Source of the DNA: Lingula anatina
Taxonomy: Eukaryota; Animalia; Brachiopoda
Assembly (NCBI GenBank): GCA_051362555.1
Contig: CM120640.1
Location: 48,586,788-48,650,787, forward strand
Length of the DNA: 64,000 nucleotides
Reading direction: 5' to 3'
Under the pieces are notes generated by a model. It worked only from the letters and a program-made list of their open reading frames with translations. It was not told the origin of the DNA and ran no database searches. Shown here piece by piece: positions 40,810 to 51,598 of this stretch (positions are counted from its first letter, which is position 1; each line of letters opens with the position of its first letter). Made by a program: the position numbers and the translations under genes.

Positions 40810-42091
40810 TAACTTTATTGTTTAAATTAAAAGAGCAAAGATGTGTGTGTTGTGTATGAAAGCATGGAAATGCTTATTCTCACCTACCATCTCCGGCCAT
40901 GAACATACGAACGTGCGAGTCCTGCACAGCATCGATCATTTTCCCATTAATCTCCTTTTTTTTTTTGCAACCATTTTTCTCAAAGCAGAGTCATGCACTT
41001 GTTTATCTCAAAATATGCAGAAATCTGTCATAAATAATTAATTTACCTGGGACTTAATAAATATCAAACAAGAATACATTGAGTCAATTTTCATTTAAAC
41101 TTAAAACTTTTATGAAGGACAATGTCTGGTTTTTGCCCTATTGCTCTTCAACCGTTACATGTACTTCTGCTTACCTTAAAATAACATTTCAAAAAAGGAA
41201 ATTATACTGTTATGAAGGTCCAAGAAAATAACCCTTCACAAAAAAATTTACTTCTTTCATATTAAGAAAATCTTAGTTAGAATTTGTGACAAAGTTTCCC
41301 TAGGATTATTCACAAGTACATGATAAAACATGAAAATGCAAAGAACAAGAAAAAAGAGCACAAAGTATAATAAGTAGTCATACCTACTAAAACAGCAACT
41401 GTGGCATCATTATGAAAAAAGATTTTCAGAAAGCACCAACTGTCAAAGGAAAAAATTGAAACATTGTATCTTAGATAAATAAAACCATTTTAAGCATCCA
41501 TTATTTAACAATAAATAAAGTTATAGTCTTAAAATGAATAAACACTCGTTACTTATCAATGTAAATCGACCACATTCTCTACCAAATGTAGTAGTACAGT
41601 GTACATTGTATGTTCTCTAGAAAAACTGTTTGCAAACTATAACTCGGTTGAAAACCACATGACTTGTGGGTATTTGATACTTAAGTCCACTTAAATATCT
41701 TAATTTTAACCACGTCTTCAGTTTGCTGACATAAACCTAGTCCAAGGGGAAAATCTTCAACTGCTTCTTGCACCTGAAGTCACTAAACAAAGAATCACAC
41801 CCGAGTTGTCATGTTGAAATGGATGTTTTCTTGATTGTTATCAATTTATTATTGTTTGACATGCCAACTCTGCCGTTGGTATGGATATATCATCATTAGA
41901 AAACCACATGAGAGCCAGCACCATGAAATTTCTTGTGTGGTTGGACTTCAGGGAAAGCACTACATTCTTTGCTAAGAATGATACTTGATGGGTGCCTTCA
42001 TGACTTGTTGTTTTGAGAAGTCTGTTAATGATGCTAACCTTTCATAAACATAAATGTATCACAGAGAAGTTATCAAGACACACAATAATCC

Positions 42092-42273
42092 CTAAGAACC
42101 AGATTTCTTCTTCTCTTCTGGTGTAAACACATTAAAGCTCTCTCCACAGCCACAAACTCCAATTATGTTTGGGTTATTAAAAATAAATTCACTGCTTAGT
42201 TTGTCCTCTTTGAAGTCCATCTCTGTGCCAAGAAGAGTTAATTGAGCTTTTTTGTCCATTAGAACTGTAACAC
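42092..42273 (-). CDS. ISCA1: Iron-sulfur cluster assembly 1 homolog, mitochondrial, exon 4
   Basis: GVTVLMDKKAQLTLLGTEMDFKEDKLSSEFIFNNPNIIGVCGCGESFNV with the HesB/IscA CGCGESF motif; acceptor tatttag|gt. Confidence 0.97.
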
Positions 42274-42497
42274 CTAAATACAAGAGGTAACATATTTTTC
42301 AATAAGCTTCCCATCATTCCAGAACCTTGCAGTGCAGAATACTGAAAAGTAAATCTGCATTGTGGTGACTTTTTAAAAATTCACAACATACCAATATTTA
42401 GTAATTTATGTTCACTAAGATAACATATACTGCTTCATTAAAAAAATGTAACCCAGAGTCAATTGACCTGAAAATCTGACACTGTATGGTAACTCAC

Positions 42498-42603
42498 CAT
42501 CTTGTTCGACAACCTCATCAAATTTTCCCCTTTCCTTTACATAGTCTAGTGTGTATGACAGACCATTGCACCCTCGCTGTTTCACACCAATTTTCAGACC
42601 AAT
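42498..42603 (-). CDS. ISCA1: ISCA1 exon 3
   Basis: IGLKIGVKQRGCNGLSYTLDYVKERGKFDEVVEQD-g|gtgag; contains RGCNGLSY with the first conserved Cys. Confidence 0.97.
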
Positions 42604-43281
42604 CTGAATAGAAAGATCATCATTATAAATATTGCAAATATCAAATGAATGTCAAAGAAATTAGCAGGATCAATTTCATGGGTATCTTGCTCTGGATTTT
42701 TCTCGATTCATTTTCACATTATAAATTTAAAAGTAATCCTTCTACTCAAACAATTTCTACTGGCACATAAATTGGCTCATTAGTAAAGTGACTCAGTAAA
42801 AAATGCTATCATACTGGTCAGTGCTGGACTGAATAAAGACAGAATAAATAACAATCAATAAACATTGAAATGCCAATATATAATCCCATAAAACAGACTA
42901 GAAAAACTGAAAAGAGTGATCCCACAATTAATTTTTTATCTTTAGCCAGTGCTTTCATTCAGGCTAACTCTTAAGACAGAAACATGGCCTTTTATATCAC
43001 AATGCAGATGACCCAATTCTGTGTTGCTGTATATGACTTCAAAATATTAAAATGTTAAACCATGACCATATTTACAAGTTATAATTGTATAAATAGAGCA
43101 CAACATTGATGATAGAATTAACACACAGAAGACTACATGTACTGGGTATGGATACAGTTTTCTTTAGTCAAAATTAGTAATCCTTTTACATTCAGTCACT
43201 TTTACATTCTCTAACATAAGCTCTTCCACTGTCTACTTCTAGGAACCAGTTTACATTTTTTTTATTTCCACTTATACATAC

Positions 43282-43335
43282 CGTTCCTGGCTTCTGAGAG
43301 ACCAAGCTCTGTATTCGCTGAACTGCTGCTGGAGT
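43282..43335 (-). CDS. ISCA1: ISCA1 exon 2
   Basis: ttttcag|TPAAVQRIQSLVSQKPGT|gtatgt, phase 0/0. Confidence 0.93.
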
Positions 43336-43570
43336 CTGAAAAGACATCCACAGTATCACCTCAGTTTACTGTAAAATATTATATACAGTGCTTTACCATA
43401 ATCTTGTGAGTACAATTTAGTATTTAATAGTTGTATTTCTTCAATGATAATATTACATGGGAACTAGTAGTTTCTAAGAGCAATTATCCATATTTCAAAT
43501 ATGCAGCTGAAGATTTTGTTTTGCAAGCTCTTAAGGTCTATTTTATTTCTTGTTAGTAACATAGGGTACT

Positions 43571-43572
<2 letters not shown>

Positions 43573-43616
<44 letters not shown>
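43573..43616. repeat. (CA)n microsatellite
   Basis: Direct reading. Confidence 0.95.
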
Positions 43617-43618
<2 letters not shown>

Positions 43619-43620
43619 AT

Positions 43621-43962
43621 GGGGTAGTGCTAACACTCGCCGATTTAGCCAAATGCTAAAACAGACTTAAATTGGCTAAACAAAAAGGGCTTGATTTGAC
43701 TAATTTTAGTCTAATTCAGGGGCGGATTGAGGCCGTATTCTGGGTCTTCAGGAAGACGGTCAAGTATTCAAGTATACACTGACTAGTATCTATATTTTTC
43801 TGTCGGAAGACGGTCAAAAATGGAGAATGGACCAACAAAGATAATTTGGAAGACTGTCAGAAAATAGCTCTGGATCCGCCCCTGTAATTAAAGTCATTTG
43901 GATAACAAATTAACATAAATGAGGTGATTTGGCTAAGCGTAAAAAATTGCTAGCGCTACCCC
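43621..43962. mobile_element. MITE with a second MITE (43717-43884) nested inside, in ISCA1 intron 1
   Basis: Outer TIRs ggggtagtgctaaca / tgctagcgctacccc; inner TIRs caggggcggat / atccgcccctg flanked by a taatt direct repeat. Confidence 0.75.

Positions 43963-43964
<2 letters not shown>

Positions 43965-44048
<84 letters not shown>
43965..44048. repeat. (TA)n microsatellite
   Basis: Direct reading. Confidence 0.95.
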
Positions 44049-44050
<2 letters not shown>

Positions 44051-44511
44051 CGGCAATATATTTCTCATTAAAAATGCTCAACTGATTTGACCCAATTTCC
44101 GTTATGTCATATACAGTTTTGGTCAAAAGGTAGTTTAAATTACTCAAGATTTATTAATAGATTAAGGTGACAGTTGACCGTGGCTGACCTTGAAACATGC
44201 TGCTATTTTGCCCTTAATATTTTACTGACATACTAGTACTTCCGACGGAATACACTAACGCTAAGGTCTTGGTATCATGATTTAAACCGATTCAGTCTTA
44301 TACTGATCACCAAAGAACAACTTTTAAAGATTTGACAGTTAACTATCAAGTAATATTATCATTTTTATATCCTCAGTTTCATGATTGTTGTGAACCAGAT
44401 TCCAGTGGCAGTGGGCCAATGACACATATTCTGCGCACGGGCACCAACGATAGCGGACAAGAAGACAAACCAGATTTATTTTATTAATCTAAGATACAAA
44501 AACCAATTTAC

Positions 44512-44595
44512 CAAAGTTAATGCTGCTCTTGGTGGCACGGGTTTTCTCCTTGTGACAGCTCGCACCGTAGCCCCAGCCGCTTTGCTGGCAGACAT
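44512..44595 (-). CDS. ISCA1: ISCA1 exon 1 (mitochondrial targeting region); spliced protein 141 aa
   Basis: MSASKAAGATVRAVTRRKPVPPRAALTL|gtaaat matches the metazoan ISCA1 N-terminus (ATVRAV..RK..P.RAALTL). Confidence 0.95.
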
Positions 44596-44865
44596 CTTAT
44601 GTAAATGACCCTTACATCAAATAAAAAAAAGAACTTGACCCCATATTTGGTGTTGCATTAGCCAGTATAAAGTCATTTCAAGCTATAAAAATTAAACTCA
44701 AAATAAATGAAGCAACCCTAAGTTGAAACTAATGACAAATAAATATCTATGTGAAAATTAGTATGATGTAAGCGATAGGCGCACACTGTGTGCGCAAAAC
44801 CAAACTGTTTTTGTAAGATCTGAGGAGACCAAAGTTTGCACGTTCTCGTTCAATGATTGAAGAAA
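44596..44865. promoter_or_regulatory. Bidirectional promoter between ISCA1 and the PET100-like gene
   Basis: 270 bp between divergent ATGs; perfect 8-1-8 palindrome gcgcacac-t-gtgtgcgc at 44779-44795. Confidence 0.7.
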
Positions 44866-44892
44866 ATGGGTTTGCATCTTGAGGTTGGAAAG
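44866..44892 (+). CDS. PET100: PET100-like cytochrome c oxidase assembly factor, exon 1
   Basis: MGLHLEVGK|gtaatt; resembles the human PET100 N-terminus MGVKLEIFR as recalled. Confidence 0.75.
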
Positions 44893-45062
44893 GTAATTGG
44901 TTTAATGGTCTGTTCACTGTATCCATCTTGTTCATTTAAAATAACACTTAGAACACGGTTGTAGAATGTGCGGTCTGTCCTAGTTATGTGCATTGTGAAT
45001 TTACAATGTGAAGAAAACCTAAAATGATTTTCCTAAAGCTGCATATAACTCTGCTCATTACA

Positions 45063-45359
45063 CAGGGTCCCCAACCTACCAGGAAAGTGACCCAGGGGAA
45101 AACTGGAAAGTGACCCCTCCCCTTTTCCAGTCAGGGGGGTGGAGAAAAGTTGCACAAATTCAGGGAAAATGGGGGTATTTTAATGGTCAGACTCTCTCGG
45201 CTTGTGTGAATAGGGATTGTTTATTTCTTAGGGTCTGCGAAGCTGCTTTTTAAAAGATGTTTAAAACGGGAAAAGGGTAAAAATTATGATCCTGGAATTT
45301 TTAACTTCCATCAAGGAAAAATCAAGGATTTTAGTATCCATAAAAAGCTGGGAACCCTC
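45063..45359. mobile_element. MITE (hAT-like ends) in PET100-like intron 1
   Basis: Imperfect TIRs cagggtccccaac / gctgggaaccct with internal cagggaaa-type subterminal repeats. Confidence 0.55.
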
Positions 45360-46360
45360 TTTAGGTTTATAAGGTCTTCAACCAGGTTGTGGGTTAGGTT
45401 TGTGTTATACATGTTCCCTTGAGATGTCGCTTTAAAAAATTAAGACAAAAGCATTATTTTACCCAGAAAGAAAAGTTGCTGGTATTGCGGATTGTTTTGC
45501 TGGTTTCTATTCCTACCAACTTTCCAATATTATTTACAAATGGAAGTCAATAAAGTTAGTGTACCAGTACCATCAGTAGGCACTGACTGTGTGTCATCTC
45601 TAAGTCTTGAAACATAAATGTTAATGAGTGGAAAATAAAATGATCAAAATTTTCTTATATTACAGATACCTTTGAAGCCAGTTGACATGTCAAATCATTG
45701 CCCCAAATTTAACCAAATGCCACAATGTAGTTTCAAATAGCATAACTTAATAAAATCAAAGGGTACCATTTCGTATTTTCAGAAAAATGACATTATTATT
45801 TATTTATTTATTTTTTGTTGAGCGAGTGATTTATTTGGTTTATCCTTTAACATGTGGACTTTTTTGAGTCATGTAAGAATTAGTGATTTATATGGGTTAC
45901 AGAGAATGTAAACTTGCTTCATATGTAACTTTACATATTGCATTCAGATAAAGTGTGCTGTTGAACAAATAAATCTCAAGCTTATAGATGGTTTGCATCA
46001 TGATATGACATCATGATCATGCCCAGTATCTAGACTGGGCTGACTAGCACAAAAGTTCAGAAGTGTTAGCACCTCTGATGCTAGTTTCTGATATGTAAGT
46101 ACTATTTGAGCTTGCTAATGCAGGAAAGGTAGAGGTGCAGCGTGCACATACTTTTTTAAATGATGACCAGCTACCTAGTCTCTTGGAGAGTCTGTCAATA
46201 AGGTAAGATTCCCCCACCAATCTACCAGTTATGTGGCTCTGTAATCATACACAATCAGCCACAGAAATCATCCTTCAGTCATCTGCCATGCACACACAAA
46301 CAATCTACAATGTTTTGATATTTTCCAATATATAATTGTATTTATTTCACACCATTTCAG

Positions 46361-46444
46361 GCTTTTCTGTATTTGCTGACACCTGTTGGTATATACTGGT
46401 ATGTCAACACAAACAAATCGTATGAAATTGCAGAACAAATAACA
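46361..46444 (+). CDS. PET100: PET100-like exon 2 (transmembrane segment)
   Basis: atttcag|AFLYLLTPVGIYWYVNTNKSYEIAEQIT|gtaagt; fits the Pet100 motif Y...PV...W..N. Confidence 0.8.
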
Positions 46445-46858
46445 GTAAGTATTCACAGTCACAAATTAAGGCAGTATAGCACATAGGATGCACTATTGTC
46501 CATCTGTCTGTTTGCCCTACCTTGTGTTTTTAATTTCTACTATCTCCTTGTTCGAGTGAGTAAGTTGAAACTGTGTTGATTAATAGACCTGTCATCAGGA
46601 AAGTACATGGGCCTTTTGGAATTTTAGTGTGGGCTGCCCCTGGGGGTGCATGATTAAATTTTTTCCCAATGGTACTTTCCACTGTCTCCCCCTAGACGAT
46701 TAGAGTGGGGACTTATAGTCCTGTAAGATTTATTACTCTGTAACTATGTGTTTGTGTTACCTCAGTACTACCAGACTGTGAGTACATTTCTTTTTAAAAA
46801 TTTACATTATGGTATACAATTTAGATCATTTTATTGTTTTTCTGTTGCTTTTTTTCAG

Positions 46859-46888
46859 GAAAAATTGATGGGAGATGATTTGAAAAAG
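46859..46888 (+). CDS. PET100: PET100-like exon 3 (30-nt mini-exon)
   Basis: tttttcag|EKLMGDDLKK|gtaact, phase 0/0. Confidence 0.75.
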
Positions 46889-47111
46889 GTAACTTTATGA
46901 GAGTACAGCTCTAGGTTGAAATGCTTTATATGATTTGTCATGAAATTGACAATTCAAAGTAGTATAAAATAAAAAGTTTGAAATTGTAACAAAAGATACT
47001 TTAAATTGTTTTTTTAAAAATAATAATTGAAGCATTTGAATGTACACTTAGCTTTTTTCATTTTCACTTTATGTACTGTTGTTGTATTGTGGCAGTGGAT
47101 TTGTTTTTCAG

Positions 47112-47282
47112 AGTTCCTTACCTCAAGGTAAACCAGACAACAGGACTGCACAGGAGATTCTGGAAGAGTATTACAACCTAAAGCTTCAGAACAAGTTGCC
47201 TGTAGAAGATGAAGGACCTACATTTGGTCAAAGATTAAAAGAGTGTGTAGAGTTGGTTAACCCCTTTGCAAAGAGAAAATAA
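47112..47282 (+). CDS. PET100: PET100-like exon 4; spliced protein 103 aa
   Basis: tttttcag|SSLPQGKPDNRTAQEILEEYYNLKLQNKLPVEDEGPTFGQRLKECVELVNPFAKRK*. Confidence 0.75.
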   Translation, partial: SSLPQGKPDNRTAQEILEEYYNLKLQNKLPVEDEGPTFGQRLKECVELVNPFAKRK

Positions 47283-48400
47283 AATGAAAAGTTCAGTATT
47301 ACAGCATGTTATGTCAAAAACATTTTATTTCTGTTGGTGCATGTGGTGGGTATGTACCAAAAATGAAAAAGTAAGAAGTTCAAACTGAATGCAGCTGAAT
47401 AAGTTTATTAGAAATGAACTTTTTGAACTGTCAGCTTTCTTTTACTTATCAATTGCTATTAATACAGAAAACTGTGTTCATATATTTTATATATTACTTG
47501 GTTAGAAAGGAACCAAGATCAGGACAGCTACTCAGCATGTGTACAATTAAATAAATTGATAGTAATGAAAAAGGCCTTGGGACATTCAAGTGGAAAACAT
47601 TATGGTGAAAAGTGTAAAAAAGTGGTCAGAAATAAATTGAGAAATGCTGGCTGAATTGTTAAAAAGATATTGTTTAAACATTTGCGAAGAAAAATGTAAA
47701 TAAATTATGGTGTTTTTCAATAGGAGACATTTGTAGTTGCTTGCTGTGTCAACTGGTTCTGCAGGGATATTGTTCCTGGAGGTGTTGTACAATTCATTCA
47801 CTATGATGTTAATTTAATCAGTCATTTCCACAGCAAATGGGTGTGTAGAAAAGCGTTATCTGCATCTGATTCACCAAATTCATTGATATGTTTTGAGAGT
47901 GGTCATGTACCTGCTTGTGCCTATAGGGTTTTCAGATCCAAAATAAAGAGCATGTTTTGATACATAATGAAAATGAAGTTTTACTTTTAAGGGTATTGTA
48001 ACCCTTTATTATCATCCAGATACTGAAAGTGAGCTTTTTCCTGCATCTTATTATTCAATAATGCATCTGTCTATGTGCTTGTTTAAAACAAAAAAACCTC
48101 AAAAATATACTGTCAGTCAATGAAAATGCATCATTTATTTATCATGTAATATTTTAAGTTCCTTTGGCACATTAAGAAAATAAGTTTTCATGTGAAATAT
48201 GAAATAGTGGTCAGCCTACTCTCTTATGACCAAACGAGTGCATTTGTACTCGTTTATATGGTTTGAATTGATTCTCGGTAAAAAAAGTAAAAGTTTTCTG
48301 ATGCGTTTTCATTGACTGTCAGTATATAAAATATTGGCGTACTTATTTCTCCTTGCAATGTATAACTAAGGCAACTGAAGAGCTTTAATCATCACTTTAA

Positions 48401-48906
48401 CACCTTTCTATTTTGAGGTGAGAGCAATCCTTAGGTGGTAAAGATGACCCTAGCACATTGTCCTATACCAAAAGGTATGCTTTTTTTCTGTCAAAAATAG
48501 TTATAAACTCATATCATTGCAGTTGGTCAGATTCAATCATTTACTATGTTCAGAATCTCGGAATGGAGCAAACTGGACATTTAAAGTTGTTCTGTTGATA
48601 TTTTTCCCATCTCAACAATTTTCTTAGTTGATCATATATAAGTGACAGTAAAGTGATATAGGTCAATGTGCTGGGGTCATCTTTATCACTTAAGGATTGT
48701 CACCCTTTGCCCAAACTCCTTATTTACTGCCTTACATTCTTTTGGGTAATAGATGAACCTTCAGTGTTCAGTGACTAAATTGATTAACATTTATACATGT
48801 CATCTCATGGGTGACGTCATAATAGTGATTTTGGTCAACTTTGCCAATTTTCGGGACAAAATTAAGCCCCATATTGATAGCGATCTCACCTCAAAATAGA
48901 AAGGTG
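48401..48906. mobile_element. Non-autonomous DNA element with nested inverted repeats
   Basis: Outer IR cacctttctattttgaggtgaga (48401-48423 / 48884-48906); inner IR ~48425-48467 / ~48657-48700; related end sequence at ~59968-60018. Confidence 0.65.
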
Positions 48907-48923
48907 ACAGGTTTGCTGTTTTG

Positions 48924-49520
48924 TTAAGATGCATATTCTACCTGTCCTTTGAATTAAAAAAAAAAATACCAATTAAAATCATTTTTGCTCAAGTGCCAAG
49001 GTTCTTCCCTTACACAAGAAAAACAAGCAAATTCACTGATAACTGCTGGCAAAAACTTATCTATGAAAGCGGGGAAAACAGTGAGTTGATTCAATATTTT
49101 GCTGAAATTGCATGTGAAAATGGACAAAATAAAAGGTTAAAGGTAAATATGAACCATGCATCAGCGGAGCTTGGATTCACAATAACATATATAAACCACT
49201 TCTACTTGTTTCTAACATGACTCAAATAAAATCAACATGCCAAGGGATAAACTTAATAAATCTCTGCCATAAAAGAGCTGTAGACTGCTTTCTTTAAATT
49301 TTTGGTCAGAAATTTAACCTACTTTCGTGACCCACTTTTCTGCCCCATTGATATACCGGGTACAGCACAGAACGCTTGCAGAAAAATCCATTCAAATATC
49401 ATTTTTCAGGGAATATTAAACAGTGCCTTTTGGTAATTTTTTGAGTTATACTACTAGAAACTATATGCAGGCATTTGGTTAGCTTTTGTGGCAAAAAATC
49501 GACTTCATATGCATCTTTAA
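48924..49520. mobile_element. Kolobok-like MITE (TTAA-flanked)
   Basis: ttaagatgcatat at 48924 and atatgcatctttaa at 49507-49520 form terminal inverted repeats with TTAA. Confidence 0.5.
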
Positions 49521-51393
49521 AATAGGCTGCAAAATTAGCCTGTCAGACGGGTAATTTGTAAATGTTACCCACCCGGTGTGAAAAGTACCAGCCTCAGGCT
49601 GTCGGACCGGCGGCCATTTCATACACTGCTACATCCATTTTACATTTTATGATTGTGTTGTCATAATTTGAGAGATTTAAAATTGTTTGAAAAAATATAT
49701 AAAAATTCATTTAAAATACTTTTTTTGCTAAGTGCACTACAAAGGAGTTTTAACTGGGGGAGGGAGATGCACTGTGGCATCAAAAGAACAGAGTCTGGAA
49801 AAGCTACTTTCCTGTATTCAATTTATTCATATGAATAATGTGAAGATGATTATTCCATACATATTGCTCTCAATATGTTTTATACCAGAGTGCTACAATA
49901 CTTTTGGCAAGAGGGAGGAGTATACTCCCATAATGTAAAAGACCTGCAATATCTTTTGCAGATTTAATATCTAGTAAGTCACTAGATAATCAAATCATTC
50001 AACTCTGAGAAAAGAAAAGACATGCAAAATACTAGCAACATCACTTTCACTTGTGCAGCTTTCTAATCTGTTTTCAGAATCCCATCTAGAGTTTAAAACT
50101 CTTATTTCTACTATTTGATAAAACATACTTTGTTCGTAAACTGCAACCAGGAAATTGATAAATTCACTTATGTTTAGACCTAGATGCTGCAAATTTACCT
50201 TATTGCCATCATATACTAAATGCATACATTTTGTGTTCAATACAGTGAAACCTTTAATACTGGTTTAAATGGAATAAAATGTGAAATTGTAACCCTATCA
50301 CCACAGTATCTATATGTAATAAATGAAATATTTCATTTTTTACTACATATATGAGTTATTTCGTATTTATCTGGCGCAAAACTTGTACATAAATATATAT
50401 ATATATATATATAATCATGAAGCTGTTAAATAGACCAGTACAGTTTTCAAAAATAAGTAGGCCCCTATAACATGACCATGCACCTGAAGTGGCATGGTGC
50501 ATAGCTTATAAGGTAATACTTAATACAAATAACTGTTACAACTTTCACTTCAACTACTGTAAATGTTAAATCTGATCTTAGAGTTTTTATTTTTAAGAAT
50601 TGCTTTTTAATAAAAGCAATCTTCACGCTACCCTTTATGTATCAAAATCTGAAATTCAATTATTTAGGTTTGCTGGACAAAGCATGTATGCTTTTCAACG
50701 ACATCACAGTGGTGTTGTACTGTGACTAAGCAGAAATAAAGAATGAGGACTTTGCTTGGTCTTCATAATTCCAAACTGAGTGAACATGTTGGAGGAACAA
50801 GGATGAAATGAACTACATTGATTAATATTTTTTGTGCCTAGAGTAGTGTAAATTTGATTAAAAAAGCATTTATACAAAGCCAAAATAACAGTGCTCAAGT
50901 AATGATAGTGAGGGAATAAGATAACAAGACTAGTTAAGAAAACAAGTGAATGTCTTACATTTATAATTATTTTCATATATTTGAATTGCATCATTAGGAT
51001 CTGCAAAATAACCCATTTCAAGCACTGTAGTTATGTCTATACATGAAAAATGCTACTGCAATGTTTACTTCAAGGGATTTCTTTTTTTTAAGAGCCAAAA
51101 TTCCAAGAACTATCTCTTGATTACAAAAACCTGTACTTTACCAAGAACTACCACCACACAGCACATGCTCAAATAATGCTATTGATAAGTATAACTGATA
51201 CAAAGACCTATAAAAATGTTCTGTCGCAGATATCAGGTACACACATTCTATTACAATAAATATATAATTTATATGTACTTTTTGGAAGTAATTGTAATTT
51301 ATGTATTAAACAATTTTGTTCCTCTTTCATATGCAATGCTAACTGCTTTGAAGTTTACAGACAGAAAAAAATTCATTTGCTTGGACAGTTATG

Positions 51394-51598
51394 CTAAGAT
51401 TTTCCAAATTTTTCTTCCCATTCTTGAGCAAGTCTGCTTCTCCGTTTTAATGTGTTACTTCCTTCACTTGCTTCTGTCTGCACTGCAGCTGCAGGTGGCA
51501 CCACTGTCTTTGCAGGTGGACTTTCTACATGGTTGTCTCGTATGGGTTTCTTACTAGCAGAGCCGTCAGTCACTTGCTTGGTACTTTGTCTCAGTTTC
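51394..51598 (-). CDS. MISP/AKAP2 C-terminal-domain-like protein, last exon
   Basis: cttccag|g: KKLRQSTK...KRRSRLAQEWEEKFGKS*; resembles the AKAP2/MISP terminal RRKSALALRWE motif as recalled; phase 2 compatible. Confidence 0.8.

Noticed and set aside
46099-46870. Apparent exon ending ag|gtaag at 46202 that would create a TGATG stop/start overlap (bicistronic mRNA) at 46866-46870
   Set aside because: No convincing acceptor, and an in-frame stop lies just upstream. The PET100-like model using exon 46361-46444 explains the downstream exons in one frame.
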